Source: Octopus sinensis (Eukaryota). From it: a stretch of DNA of 64,000 nt. Shown here in pieces: positions 37,144 through 51,130 of this stretch. The stretch is taken from contig NC_043013.1 in the NCBI RefSeq assembly GCF_006345805.1, positions 19,964,001-20,028,000 on the forward strand, read 5' to 3'. Below the pieces are notes generated by a model, which was not told the origin of the DNA, ran no database searches, and worked only from the letters and a program-made list of their open reading frames with translations. Position 1 is the first letter of the stretch, and each line of letters opens with the position of its first letter. The translations under genes were made by a program, and so were the position numbers.

Positions 37144-37698
37144 GTGAGAGAGCAGTTCATGCCATCAAAGTGACACTGGGGTAAAATATACGAAGCCCAA
37201 TATACCCATCATGACTACCCGTCTGATAAAGGTACACCAGGCACATGCATCACAACCATATGTGCGCGACATGGTGATCTCATATCAAGATAAACAGCAT
37301 ATGACCTTGCAGGTGGGGCCCAGTTAGAATTTTCTTCAGGTTGAGTAGCCCATCCCGCTCAAAAGGTCCCTGAATAAGGATTGTTTAAGGATGTTGAAAG
37401 AACCACCCGTGTTTCCAGAGGTGAATTATTCAAACCCCAAAGAATCCCTCTCAACACATGGCTATGATGCTCCCCCACTACTTCTGCTCGTGATCAGAGA
37501 TGCACATATCGTCAGCCACTAAGGGACATGCTCAACTGGTTAAGGTCAAACAACTGACAAGCAAATCTGTGGTATTGAGCAGAATATTTGCTGTAGCCCA
37601 TCTTTTATACCACGACAAAACAATGTACATGATAACACTTCCAATCAATTAAGATCAGAAGCCATGAGAGCACTGCCTGGTACTGCATCAGGGCATTT
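37144..37698. mobile_element. ~555-bp non-coding element flanked by (ATT)n on both sides
   Basis: A near-identical second copy lies at 41770-42229; no ORF with recognisable motifs. Confidence 0.7.
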
Positions 37699-37753
37699 AT
37701 TATTATATTATTATTATTATTATTATATTATTATTATTATTATTATTATTATG

Positions 37754-37834
<81 letters not shown>

Positions 37835-37993
37835 TATTGTTATTGTTATTGTTATTGTTATTGTTATTGTTGTTGTTGTTGTTGTTGTTTGTTGTGTTGT
37901 TATTATTATTATTATTATTATTATATTATTATTATTATTTTTATTATTATTATTATTATTATATTATTATTATTATCCTCATTATTATTTTTT

Positions 37994-38123
37994 TCAGTAG
38001 TTTTATTTTTATAGCGTGCTTTCACTTCACTACTGAGCGCAGCTCTGTGTGCCTTAGGTATGTGCTGTGATTTGTTGTGATGCTCTGATGGTTATTGTAT
38101 GGAAAGTGTTCTGCGTAGGATGT
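37994..38123 (-). mobile_element. 130-bp R4/Dong 3' end unit (copy 1)
   Basis: Matches the 3' end of 41231-41695 (encodes HILRRTLSIQ* plus 3' UTR). Confidence 0.85.
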
Positions 38124-38124
38124 A

Positions 38125-38179
<55 letters not shown>

Positions 38180-38180
<1 letters not shown>

Positions 38181-39918
38181 TATGTTTGACTTTTGCTTTA
38201 TATTTGTACAAGTTGGCTCCAAGTCTCACCCAGAGACCTCAAGAGACAACAGGGTTGGAAGTTCATGTTGTTGTTATGCCTAGTGTGCCATATATTTGGG
38301 GGGTGGGGATGTTTTACTAATGAATGTCTAAAAAAAAAAAAGTTTTTTTTTTTTTTTTTTTTTTAAACCGAAAATTATGGTTGTTTTAAACCTTGAGGTT
38401 ACATAGAGAGTATTTTGCGTAGGATATGAGCAGTTCCCATGAGCACTATCTTTTGAACTTCTGCCATTTTAGGTTTCCTGGTATCTGAGTTAGGTAGCTA
38501 TCAGCCCCTTTTGCTATCATTCCCAGGGCATCTATGACAACAGGTATTGTTTTAGTCTTCAGCTTCCACATTTTGCTGATTTCTATTTCAAGATCTTTAT
38601 ATTTGCTCATTTTTGGTAGGTCCTGACAGATACGTTTATATCGATTGGGACAGTCATATCAATGAGGAGGCATGTTCTTTGTTTGAAGTCTTTCAATATG
38701 ATTCTGGCCTATTTGCATCTATCTTCCTGTCAGTTTGAATGGTGAAGTTCCAGAGGAGTGAGATGTGGTCATTTTCAAGCACTGGGGGTGGTTTGTGTTC
38801 CCACCAGTTTTTTTCATGGGGCAAATCCAGGTTTTTACAGATTACCCAGTGAATATATTGTGCAGCTCTATCGTGCCTGTTGAGATACTCTGTAGGCGCT
38901 AGAAGACTGCACTTGGAGACCACATGGTCAATGGTTTCATTTTGTTGCTTGCATACACGACACGTTGGACTGCTTCTGATCTTTAATATGTTGGCCTGGT
39001 AGTTTCTTGTTGGTAGGCATTGATCTTGAGCTGCTATGATAAACCCCTCTGTTTCAGATTTTAAGCCAGAGGCCATTAGCCATTGATGGGTCAGGGCTTT
39101 GTCGATATCTGCATTATTCGCTCTCTTTGGGTATTTGCCGTAGAGAGGTTTTTCTTGCCATTTATTATTCAGAATATCTAAGGCCGCAGTTTTGGCACGG
39201 GTTTTCATGCGCCTAGCTTTTTCTGTGCTTGTTTCTTGTATGTCTATCTCTAATTCCGAATTGGTTGTATTCGGAATTCACTTAGATATTCCTTTGCCTG
39301 TTTTGTGACTGAGTATGATGCTTTCTTGTTTTCATGTTTTGAGACAAGTTTTAACATCCAGTCCTCAGAGTTTTTCAGGTAGGTGTCTAGGCCAATTGTA
39401 GCATCTTCATTGTTATTGCCAGTTGCAAAAGACCACGGCCTCCCTCTTTTCTTGGCAGATAGAGTCGTTCTGTATCTGCCTTAGGGTGGTGCATTCTATG
39501 CATTGTCAACAGTTTCCTTATTTTTCTGTCGAGCTGACATATTTCAGTAATTGACCAGTTAACAATATTGAAACTGTAAGTCACGACTGGTATAGCTAAT
39601 GCATTGATTGCTTCGATCCTGTTTCTTGCATTCAGCTCTGTCTTGAGTATTGCTCTCACTCTTCTATAGCATTCTCTCCTGATCCTTTCCTTCATCTCTG
39701 AATGCCTTATTCCGTTCCCTTCAATTACCCCTAGGTACTTGTAGCTCTCCGCTGGGTCTAGTTCTTTTATGACATTCTGTTGGTCAAGGTTAACGTTATA
39801 TGTTTCTGTCATTTTTCCTTTGATAAAGGTAGCCTTTGCACATTTATCGAGGCCGAATTGCATTCTGATGTCGTCACTGAATTGTTTGACTATCGCTAGT
39901 AAGCCCTTGAGTTGTTGA

Positions 39919-39920
<2 letters not shown>
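38180..39920 (-). mobile_element. 5'-truncated R4/Dong-clade (RLE) non-LTR retrotransposon, subfamily 1
   Basis: MQFGLDKC, YKYLGV, LYLPRKEGGRGL, AAQDQCLPTRNY, CRVCKQQNETIDHVVSKC (CCHC), RHD, and RPD..D restriction-like endonuclease region; both ends lie in (TAA)n. Confidence 0.92.
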
Positions 39921-39970
<50 letters not shown>

Positions 39971-40015
39971 GTTATTATTATTATTGTTATTATTATTATT
40001 ATTATTATATTATTA

Positions 40016-40056
<41 letters not shown>

Positions 40057-40077
40057 GTTATTGTTATTGTTATTGTT

Positions 40078-40189
<112 letters not shown>

Positions 40190-40209
40190 CATCATCATTA
40201 TTATTATTT

Positions 40210-41167
<958 letters not shown>

Positions 41168-41230
41168 CATCATCATTATCATTATTATTATTATCATTAT
41201 TATTGTTATCATTGTTATTATTATTATTAT

Positions 41231-41695
41231 TCAGTAGTTTTATTTTTATAGCGTGCTTTCATTTCACTACCGAGCGCAGCTCTGTGTGCCTTGGGTATGT
41301 GCTGTGATTTGTTGTGATGCTCTGATGGTTATTGTATGGAAAGTGTTCTGCGTAGGATGTGTGCAGTGCCTAGTAGTGCAATTTTCTGTATGTTATATGT
41401 GTTTGTAAGTCCTGGTGTTTTTGTTATGTATTTGTCTGAATATTTTTTTATCATGCCTAATGCACCTACTATGATAGGAATTGTTTCTGTTTTCAGATTC
41501 CACATTCTAGTTACCTCTATTTCCAGGTGTTTGAATTTTGAGAGTTTCTCCATTTCTTTTAGAGACACGTTGTCATCTGCCGGTATTGATACATCAATTA
41601 GAAAGCATTTTTTTTTCTTCATGATCTCTGACAACTATATCTGGTCTGTTGGCCTTAATTTCTCTATCTGTGTGTATCGGCATATCCCAGATACA
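41231..41695 (-). mobile_element. R4/Dong subfamily 2, longer 3' fragment (RLE C-terminus)
   Basis: CFLIDVSIPADDNVSLKEMEKLSKFKHLEIEVTRMWNLKTETIPIIVGALG..TAHILRRTLSIQ*. Confidence 0.9.
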
Positions 41696-41730
41696 TTATT
41701 ATTATTGTTATTATTATTATTATTATTATG

Positions 41731-41762
<32 letters not shown>

Positions 41763-41769
41763 GATTATT

Positions 41770-42229
41770 GAGTGAGAGAGCAGTTCATGCCATCAAAGTG
41801 ACACTGGGGTAAAATATACGAAGCCCAATATACCCATCATGACTACCCGTCTGATAAAGGTACACCAGGCACATGCATCACAACCATATGTGCGCGACAT
41901 GGTGATCTCATATCAAGATAAACAGCACATGACCTTGCAGGTGGGGCCCAGTTAGAATTTTCTTCAGGTCGAGTAGCCCATCCTGCTCAAACGGTCCCTG
42001 AATAAGGGTTGTTTAAGGATGTTGAAAGAACAACCCATGTTTCCAGAGGTGAACTATTCAAACCCCAAAGAATCCCTCTCAACACATGGCTATGATGCTC
42101 CCCCACTACTTCTGCTCGTGATCAGAGATGCACATATCGTCAGCCACTAAGGGACATGCTCAACTGGTTAAGGTCAAACAACTGACAAGCAAATCTGTGG
42201 TATTGAGCAGAATATTTGCTGTAGCCCAT
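41770..42229. mobile_element. Second copy of the (ATT)n-flanked element, ~95 bp shorter at one end
   Basis: Near-identical to 37144-37603. Confidence 0.7.
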
Positions 42230-42230
42230 G

Positions 42231-42339
<109 letters not shown>

Positions 42340-42365
42340 CATTATTATTATTATTATTATTATCT

Positions 42366-43335
42366 AAAGCGGTGAGCTGACAGAACCGTTAGCACGTTGG
42401 GCAAAATGTTTAATGGCATTTCGTCCATCTTTACGTTCTTAGTTCAAATTCTGCCGAGGTCGACGTTGCCTTTCAACCTTTCGGGGTCAATAAAATAAGT
42501 ACAAGTTGAGTACTGAGATCGATGTAATCTACTATCCCCCTCCTCTTAATTTCAGGCTTTGCACCTATAATAGGGAGGTTTATTATCAGTTTAAAGCAGT
42601 GAGTTGGCAGAATTGTTAGCGAGTCGGACAGAACAGCTTAGCTGCATTCCGGTTCTTTACGTCCTCAGTCCAAATGCCGCCAGTGTCGACTTTGTCTTTC
42701 ATTCTTTTGGGCTTGGTAAACTAAGAACCAGCTGAGCATTATGGTCGATGTAATCAACTTGCTTCCTCCCCGAAAATTGCCGGCATTGTGCCAAAATTTG
42801 AACACTAATATAAATTTCATCGACTAAACTCTTCCAAATGTTCAGGCCCCTTGCCTACATTAGAAAGAATTGTTATTTTATTAAAGCAGTGAGCTGAGAG
42901 AATTTTTGTGATTCAGACAAATTGCTTTGCATTATCTTTTTTTTCTTTTATCTTTTTTTTGCTCTTTACGATCCGAGTTCAAATTTTGACGATGTTAGCT
43001 TTGCCTTTCCTCTTTTAATTGTCTGTCGACGAATTAAACGAGTCGAGTACTGGAGTTGATACAATCGAATAATCATTTTCTTCTAGAACCGCTGGCATCT
43101 GCCAAAATTTGAAACAATTAATGTTCTTGCTATTATTGTAGTCTCGGCAGAATATCAGACAATATTTAGGTATAGAAAGGCGGCGAGTTGGCATAATGGC
43201 AAGCACACTGAACAGATTGCTTGGTGGTCTTTGCATTTGGAGTTCGTCTTTGCATTTGGAGTTCAAATTCCGTCGTGATCGCCTTTACCTTTCCTCCTTC
43301 CGGGGTCGATAAAATAGGTACTAACTTCTAACTGG
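42366..43335 (+). mobile_element. Four diverged family A-variant SINEs head-to-tail
   Basis: Heads at ~42366, 42592, 42882 and 43177 (aaagcggtgagctg/ttggcagaa..gttcaaatt). Confidence 0.75.
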
Positions 43336-43764
43336 AAGTAGATTGTCTCATAGAATCCAGTCAGGCTGATTGTATCTACGCTGATTCTCCCAAACAATTA
43401 TGTTAAAAGTAAACGTGTCTGCGGAATACTCAGTTAGTTGGTTTGCATGAAAAAGATTCATTTGAGCAAACTCCCGAGAGTTCCTCATTCCCGATCAATG
43501 AAAATCCAAATTCATGCCAAGGCACCACTCTAAAAGAATTCCTGCCAAACGAAACGACCTCAGTACTTATATGTATTAAGGTTTGTGTTTATTCAATCGT
43601 CTCGTCCTATGTATAATATATATACATATATTTATATACACACATATATATATACATATATATGTATATATATGTATATATATATAAATATATATATATA
43701 TATACATATATGCATATATATATATATACATATATATGTATGTGCACGTTTTGTGTGTGTGTGT

Positions 43765-43985
43765 GTGTGTGCTTGCGTCAGTTTGTCACCCCCACCATCG
43801 CTTGACAACCGATGTTGGTGTGTTTACGTCCCCGTAACTAAGCGGTTCGGCTGAAGTGAACGATAGAATAAGCACCAGGCTTACAAAGAGTAAGTTCAGG
43901 GTCGATTTCCTCGACTAAAAGTCGGAGACCCAGCATGGCCACAGTTAAATCACTGAAACAAAACAAGTAAAGGAATAAAAGAATA
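43765..43985 (+). mobile_element. SINE family B, 3' half
   Basis: ccaccatcgcttgacaaccgatgttggtgtgtttacgtccccgtaac. Confidence 0.8.
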
Positions 43986-44063
43986 TGTATATAATATATA
44001 TGTATATATATAATATATATGTATATACATATATATATATACATATATACATATATATATAAT

Positions 44064-44118
<55 letters not shown>

Positions 44119-44163
44119 TATATATGTGTGTGTGTATATATATATATATACATATATACATAT

Positions 44164-44207
<44 letters not shown>

Positions 44208-44209
<2 letters not shown>

Positions 44210-45012
44210 AACCGCTGACCCAGGAAAACCTGGGACGAGGTGGTGAAGCACGACCTTCGAACTTTAGGTCTCACTGAGGAAATGACTAGAGACCGAGACC
44301 TCTGGAAGTGTGCTGTGCGCGAGAAGACCCGCAGGACAAGTGAGACCATACCCGTGGCCTTCTACATGGGATGGAGCCAGCCTACGTATGCATACCTTCC
44401 CTTCTTGGGACACAAAACTCTACTTGTGAAGACCTGTTGAGGCAAGTGAGGATCAGAATCGAAATCGATCAATGGAAATTGCAGCTGAGTTACCAGTGCC
44501 GGTGGCACGTAAGAGAACTATCCGTTCGTGACCGTTGCCAGCGCCACCCCGACTGGCCTCGTGCCGGTGGCACGTAAAAAGCACCATCCGTTCGTGTCCG
44601 TTGCCAGCCTCGCCTGGCCCCCGTGCCGGTGGCACATAAAAGCACCATCCGTTCGTGTCCGTTGCCAGCCTCGCCTGGCCCCCGTGCCGGTGGCACGTAA
44701 AAGCACCATCCGTTCGTGACCGTTGCCAGCCTCGCCTGGCCCCCGTGCCGGTGGCACGTAAAAGCACCATCCGTTCGTGGCCGTTTGCCAGCTCTGTCTG
44801 GCACCTGTGCGGGTGGCACGTAAAAAGCACCCGCTACACTCACGGAGTGGTTGGTGTTAGGAAGGGCATCCAGCCGTAGAAACACTGCCAGATCTGACTG
44901 GGCCTGATGAAGCCTTCCGGATTCACAGACCCCAGTTGCACCGTCCAACCCATGCTAGCATGGAAAACGGACGCTAAATGATGATAATGATGATGATGAT
45001 GATGATGATGAT
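44208..45012 (+). mobile_element. RTE LINE 3' end (ORF C-terminus, 3' UTR with 61-bp tandem repeat, (GAT)n tail)
   Basis: ..[37 protein letters not shown]; repeat units at 44581, 44642, 44703 and 44764; gat repeats at the end. Confidence 0.85.
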
Positions 45013-46199
45013 ATATATACTTACATACATATACAATAAGCTTCTTTCAGTCTCCGTCTACAAAATCCACTTAAAATTATAAGTCCTTGATGGGCCCTGG
45101 GTTATGCTAGAAGACATCCATGCGACTGGAAAGCAAACGTCTTATAGACTGCACCTACATAATCGTAAATATACATATATACATACATATATACATACAC
45201 ACATACCTATACTTATATGTATGTGTGTGTGTTGGTATAATAATGTGAAATTGGTCAGTCTGTCAATCGTTTATCACCACTACCACCATCAGCACCACCA
45301 GCACCACCAGCACCTCCACCACCTCCACACCACCACCCAATCATCATCATCATCATCATCATAAAAATAACTGTCGCTTAACATCAATGCTTCGTTATCC
45401 AATTTGTATACACTCGCCGTCTCAGTGTTCGATTACAGCTGCGATCGCTCAAATAGAATTTAATTTGCATCAGAACAAGGTCAATAGGATTCACAAGAAA
45501 TGTCAAATTATTCCAGTTATTCTTTGTTCACCATTTTGTATGTCGGAATAGCAATAAACACTTTTGCCAAATTATCTCGTCCAATAACATCACGGCAGAG
45601 AAAAAAGAGAAAGAAAGAGGAAGGAAGAGAAAGAGAGAGAGGGGAGAGAAAGAGTGAGAGACAGAGACAGATTATAAACTATCTCTGTCTTCAATCGTTG
45701 TTGATGATGAAGATTCTGTTAATAAAACACATCGTTCATCTTTTTTAATCAATCGAGCCAAAGAAACAAGCAAAACACTTTTGATTTCATCGTTTTCCTT
45801 GCTTCGTTTCCGTTATTGTTTGTTTCTCATGTGTTTACGATAGTTCTTGTCTTCTGTTTTATTGGCAGCATGTACAAATGTACCTGAGGTGCTCCCATTA
45901 AATCAAGCACCAAAAACTCATTTTTAATACATCACAATAATTCTTGGATGGAATACACGTCTCTTTCGTCTTTCCTCATTGCTGATATCTTGCCAAATAA
46001 ATACTAAGTTCCAGAAAAATGTCTTTTATGAACGTTTTATGAATGACCAGTAATTGCGTTTAATCTTCTTCTCGTCCAACAATGGTGAATTCTCCAACGT
46101 TTTCCGTTTCTTCTCTTCTATGTCTTTTAATTCTGGAGCTTATATTCTCTTATTGCCTCTTTCTCTTTCGTTCTTTGTCTATCGATCCGTCATTTGCCT

Positions 46200-46212
46200 G
46201 TCTATCTATCTA

Positions 46213-46286
<74 letters not shown>

Positions 46287-46319
46287 AATCTCTCTATCTA
46301 ACTATCAATCTACCTAACG

Positions 46320-46390
<71 letters not shown>

Positions 46391-46625
46391 AATCAATCTA
46401 TCTATCAATCTATCTATCTATATGATTGTGTATCTAACTATTAATCTATTTATCTATTTATTTCATTTCATTTTCTATGTCTGAATATTCTGAATATAAT
46501 GTTTAGGTCCACTTTTTCTTCTTCTTCTTCTTCTTCTTCTTCTTCTTCTTCTTCTTCTTCGTTCTTCTTCTTCTTTCTTCTTTTTATTATTATTTATTAT
46601 TATTATTATTATTTATTATTATTAT
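46200..46625. repeat. (TATC)n, (TTC)n and (ATT)n tracts
   Basis: Direct inspection. Confidence 0.95.
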
Positions 46626-48870
46626 TACACATTCTTACACATTTTGTGATTTGCAACGAACTTCAGCATCCAGTCGTTAGATGTTTCAAGATATTTTGCC
46701 AGTCCAATTGTAGTGGTTTTGTAAGAGATTTCAAACTGAGTCAAGTCTCGACCTCCTGGGGCTCTGGGTAGATAAAGACGATCTGCATCTACTATTGGGT
46801 GGTGCATCTTATTGCAAGTTAGCACCTTACGGATTTTTCTGTCAATATTCCGTCTTTCGGTTATACATTCCAGTTCAACACACTGAAGTTGTAAAGAACA
46901 GCCGGAACTGCTAAGGATTGTTATAGCTAACACCGTGTTACGTGCATTTAAGTCGGATTTTAGAACTGTCCGAACTACCCTGTAACATTCCTTCCTGATT
47001 TTCTCTTTCATACTTGCATGCTGAATGCCTCAGCCCTAATTTATTCCGAGGTATTTGAAAGTTTGTTCCCTACTCGAGTTCTTTTATGACTGTGTCAACA
47101 TCTAACACCTATTTCTTTACTACCACAAGGGGCTAAATGCAGAGGGGACAAACAAGTACAGACAAACGGATTAAGTCGATTACATCGACCCCAGTGCGTA
47201 ACTGGTACTTCATTTATCGACCCCGAAACGATGAAAGGCAAAGTCGACCCCGGCGGAATTTGAACTCAGAACGTAACGGCAGACGAAATACGGCTACGCA
47301 TTTCGCCCGGCGTGCTAAGGTTTCTACCAGCTCTGAATGTGAGGTCTTCAATTCCCTTTCTGGAAAGTGACCTGGACGTTTATCAAGACCCTATTCCATC
47401 CCATGTCATCACTGAATGCTTTCACAGTACGTAGTAGTCCTTTTAGCTCAGTATCGTCTTTGCCATGGAGCTTTAAGTCATGCATATAAAATAGATGACT
47501 TATTTTCTTGTCGCCAACTTTATACCCATACACCGTTCAGTTAAGTTCATTTGTAAGGGGTATTAGGGCTATGCGAAAAATTAAGGATGAAAGTGAGTCA
47601 TCTTGCAAAATGCCGCAGTTGATATTATATTTTGTGGCGTCAGTAGACCATTAGAGTGACGTAATTGGGGATTTCTATTCCACACTGATATGTTGTGCTT
47701 CAGGAATTTTGAAATCACAGGAGAAATGTTGACGATATCCAGCGATTTTAAGGCTCGTGAATGCGGTATGCTGTCAAAAGCCTTTTTATAATAAATCCAT
47801 GCGGAACTGAAATTTCTGCGTTTGTTATAGCAGTCCCCAAGGACCATGCGATTAAGAGTCTTTGTTCTTTGCATCCATATGAGCCTCGTCGGCACCCTTT
47901 TAGTTCAGTGGGGAAATATTCTCTTCTATAAATTTCTATGTTTCTCCACGTATAAAATGGATGCTAAAATTTTATACGTAGTAGGTAGACATGTTATGGG
48001 ATGATCGTTTTGGTGAAATTTGGCTTTATTATTCTTAGGGAGTTAGTAAGTAATACAATCGATTTTTTTTTTCTAGGATCACTCATAATTTCATTGAGTA
48101 ACTGGACTAACGTTTCGTGTGTGCCCTGGAGCGATGCGAGCCAGAAATTTTGCTCCCTATCATTACCAGGGGATTTCCACTTTCTTCGTAAGTGTCATAT
48201 TTAGGTCCGGTATTGTGAGGTCTTCCCATGCTTGTTCTGGCAAATTTTGATAGGATTCTTCGGTGCGCCTAATCGAGTTCGCATTTTCATTGTCTTTTTA
48301 TCAATCCAGATATTTTTCCAGAAGTTTTTAACTTCTTCAATGGTAGGGGGAAGGGTCTTCAACGGTTTATTTTCTCCTTGTTTCTCTGTAGAATGTTTTC
48401 GCATTGGATGTGAACAGCTTATTTTGCTTGTAAAATGTGTTTCTCTTCCCAAATCTTCGTATCCTCTTTCATTTTCCTTGGACATTTTGTTGCAGGGTTT
48501 CTTTTGCTAAAAGCAGTTCTTCTCTTGTTGAGAATCTATGTTTTCTCTTCATCTTTCTTCCTTTTCTGGATTTACATCGTTTCCACAGATTAGTTCATTC
48601 AATATTAATATTTCACCTCTCATTATTTCAATCTCTTTTACAATTTTAATTTTCCAGTTTGGAATTCTTCTCGGGTTTGTATTTCTTTCTTTCTTTTTTT
48701 CAGAGGCATACAGCTGGGTTCAATTGTCTTAGATGCTGCGTAAATAATTTCGTTTAATTCATCAAGATCTGGTTTTAGTTCTTATATTATTTCTTTTATT
48801 ACACGGTTTCCAATTTTAATTTGTTTTCTATTTTGGATTGTATTTGAGAGTTTATGAAATGTTTCTCTAT
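46625..48870 (-). mobile_element. Older, decayed R4/Dong element (N-terminal region and RT), interrupted by a SINE
   Basis: NLTQLLNEIMSDP region, AWIYYKKAFDSIPHS, LFYMHDLKL and KECYRVVRTVLKSDLNARN..RLYLPRAPGGR, with many stops and frameshifts. Confidence 0.85.
47107..47333 (-). mobile_element. SINE family A inserted into the Dong RT
   Basis: High identity to 11842-12055; the RT frame resumes on both sides. Confidence 0.9.
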
Positions 48871-48881
48871 CATGCATACTG

Positions 48882-49133
48882 AGTGCCATTGTTATCTAGT
48901 GAACGATATTTCGACATCTCGTGTGTCTTCAACTGGTTCAAAAAATAAATTTATCAATCAACTTCATTTTGGTTGATATATAAAGGATTGAGGTAACTCC
49001 TCCTGAAGATATAGAATCAAAATTACAAGAAGAGTGCCATTGTTATCTAGTGAACAGTGTCGAAATTTATCTTTTGAACCAGTTGAAGACGCACGAGATG
49101 TCGAAATATCGTTCACTAGATAGCAATGGCACT
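48882..49133. repeat. Inverted repeat (48882-48952 / 49064-49133) plus partial direct copy (49032-49055), with decayed hammerhead-like motif
   Basis: gtgccattgttatctagtgaac occurs twice directly and once inverted; TTGAAGA..GAAATATC at 49083-49110. Confidence 0.75.
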
Positions 49134-49260
49134 ACATTATTATTATTATTATCATTATTATTATTATTATTATTGCTGTTGTTGTTCTGGTTATTATTAT
49201 TAACATTATTATTATTATTATTATTATTATTGTTGTTGTTGTTGTTGTTCTTATTATTAA

Positions 49261-49303
<43 letters not shown>

Positions 49304-49329
49304 GTTGTTGTTGTTGTTGTTATTATTAA

Positions 49330-49363
<34 letters not shown>

Positions 49364-49570
49364 AATATTATTATTTTTATTATTATTATTATTATTATTA
49401 CATTATTATTGTGTTTTTTGTTTGTTGTTATTATTATTTTAACATTATATTATTATTATTATTATTAATATAATTATTATTATTAATAATAATATTATTA
49501 TTATTACGATTATTATTATTATTACTATTATTATTATTATCATTATTGTTGTTGTTGTTGTTATTATTAA

Positions 49571-49633
<63 letters not shown>
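49134..49633. repeat. (ATT)n/(GTT)n field
   Basis: Direct inspection. Confidence 0.95.
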
Positions 49634-49635
<2 letters not shown>

Positions 49636-49809
49636 TTTCAGCGGAACGCATTAGGGGTGTTTCCGAACGCTCCAGGTTAGTCCAGTTTATTGTGATTGTG
49701 TAGCCCTCATAGGAGCGATTTTCGGCCCCCTAAATTATTTCAGTGTGCGTTGAATTTAATTGAATCAAATACAACTCAACAAGAGTTGAGAAAAGATAAA
49801 ACAAACCCT

Positions 49810-51130
49810 CCTACCAATATGGTAATGGATGAAGACTTTCCTCCCTTTCTCTCTATTACAGGCAACAATACAGAGGAAGGGGAGGAAGAGGAAAATAAGA
49901 CTGTCGTGGTAAAAATCCAAGTAACAGTAACAACAATAGTAGCAGAAACACTAAAAACGGTAGAAATGACAACAGTAGCAGCCGCAGCAGTAGTAGTCGT
50001 GACAGCAACAACAACCACGAAAAGGCAGCAACAGCAGCAACAGTAGCGATAGCAAGAGCAACAACGAGAGCAAAAGTGTCAACAGTAATGTCAACAAAAC
50101 CAATACCAACAACATTGATAAAGAACAACGACAACAATGGCAGTAGCAATAGTAACAACAACAAAAACAACAACAAGAACAATACCAATAACAATATCAA
50201 AATACGTTCGCTACAGTAGCCACAGTAGTAGCGAAGAACAAAACACCGCTTTACCGTAGACCTCACAAATAGGGAGTAGATGCTACCACAGGCATGGAAA
50301 ATAATTAAACAAGAGAAGACTAGGGCTGGCCTGACTGTCCCATCAAAGGCAATTGGAGCAGTGAAGAGACGAACGGTGCTTTTCAGATGTATGTCAGTGA
50401 ACGCGTAAAGTGCGGCTTTAATAGCCCAAGTAGATACTGATGCGGCGCTGAGGTGCATCAGAAATGATATCGAATACAAACAATACGGCACCAGTTCGGT
50501 GCTGTTTAAGTCAGAAGCCTTCACTATGAAACATTCAATAACCCCCTACAAAACTAGAAAAGTCATCATGTACCACTCCCACTTGGGGACACGTACAGCT
50601 CTTGTCCGCATTCCTAGAATTCCATCAGGACTAGATATTTGGTGGCTTCTGGGATGCGTAATCGTGGAGGGGACGGATACTGTCTCGATAGAGGCGACAT
50701 GAACTGCCAGGGAGGACTGGTCCAGTGTTGACCTGGAGATACTTCTCCAGATCAAACCCGAAAACAAAGAAAAACCCGGATCACATCCGTCTTCACAACG
50801 GTATAGTGATACATATCATGTCTCAGGGCAAAAGGCCTCATTGTTTCGCGTATTGAGAAACCACTCATTCGCGAGCTCGCTGCCCCCAACTGGTACAAAG
50901 GCATCCACTGCCATCAACACCGGACGAGAACCACAAACAACACCAGTACCGGCAACATCACCAGTAACGACTCCAAAGACATTAATTATCCTCCCGAGGA
51001 AACAGGGAAAGCTCTCCCCACCTAACAAAATAAAGGCCGTGGGGTTCTGAAGCATCACAAGATGAGGGTATAAAGAAGACAACAAAGAATGTCTATAGAA
51101 CTGGACAGACGCAAAGATAGAGCGGAAGGT
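49810..51130 (+). pseudogene. Decayed gag-like ORF1 of a non-LTR retrotransposon (L1/Tx1-like)
   Basis: A long frame broken by only a few stops from ~50240 (..LGTRTALVRIPRIPSGLDIWWL..). A degenerate knuckle C-F-A-[Y]-[*]-E-T-T-H-S-R-A-R-C at 50842-50883 has exact CX2CX4HX4C spacing. Confidence 0.6.

Noticed and set aside
37144-37698. 5S rRNA, U1 snRNA or HDV-ribozyme identity for the (ATT)n-flanked element
   Set aside because: Only short chance similarities were found, and I could not build the required folds by eye.
45980-46140. Minus-strand peptide [37 protein letters not shown]
   Set aside because: An in-frame stop lies immediately upstream, and the putative acceptor is purine-rich.
49856-50524. 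222-aa hydrophobic minus-strand ORF
   Set aside because: It is the antisense of the plus-strand ORF1 remnant and its AAC-rich low-complexity region.
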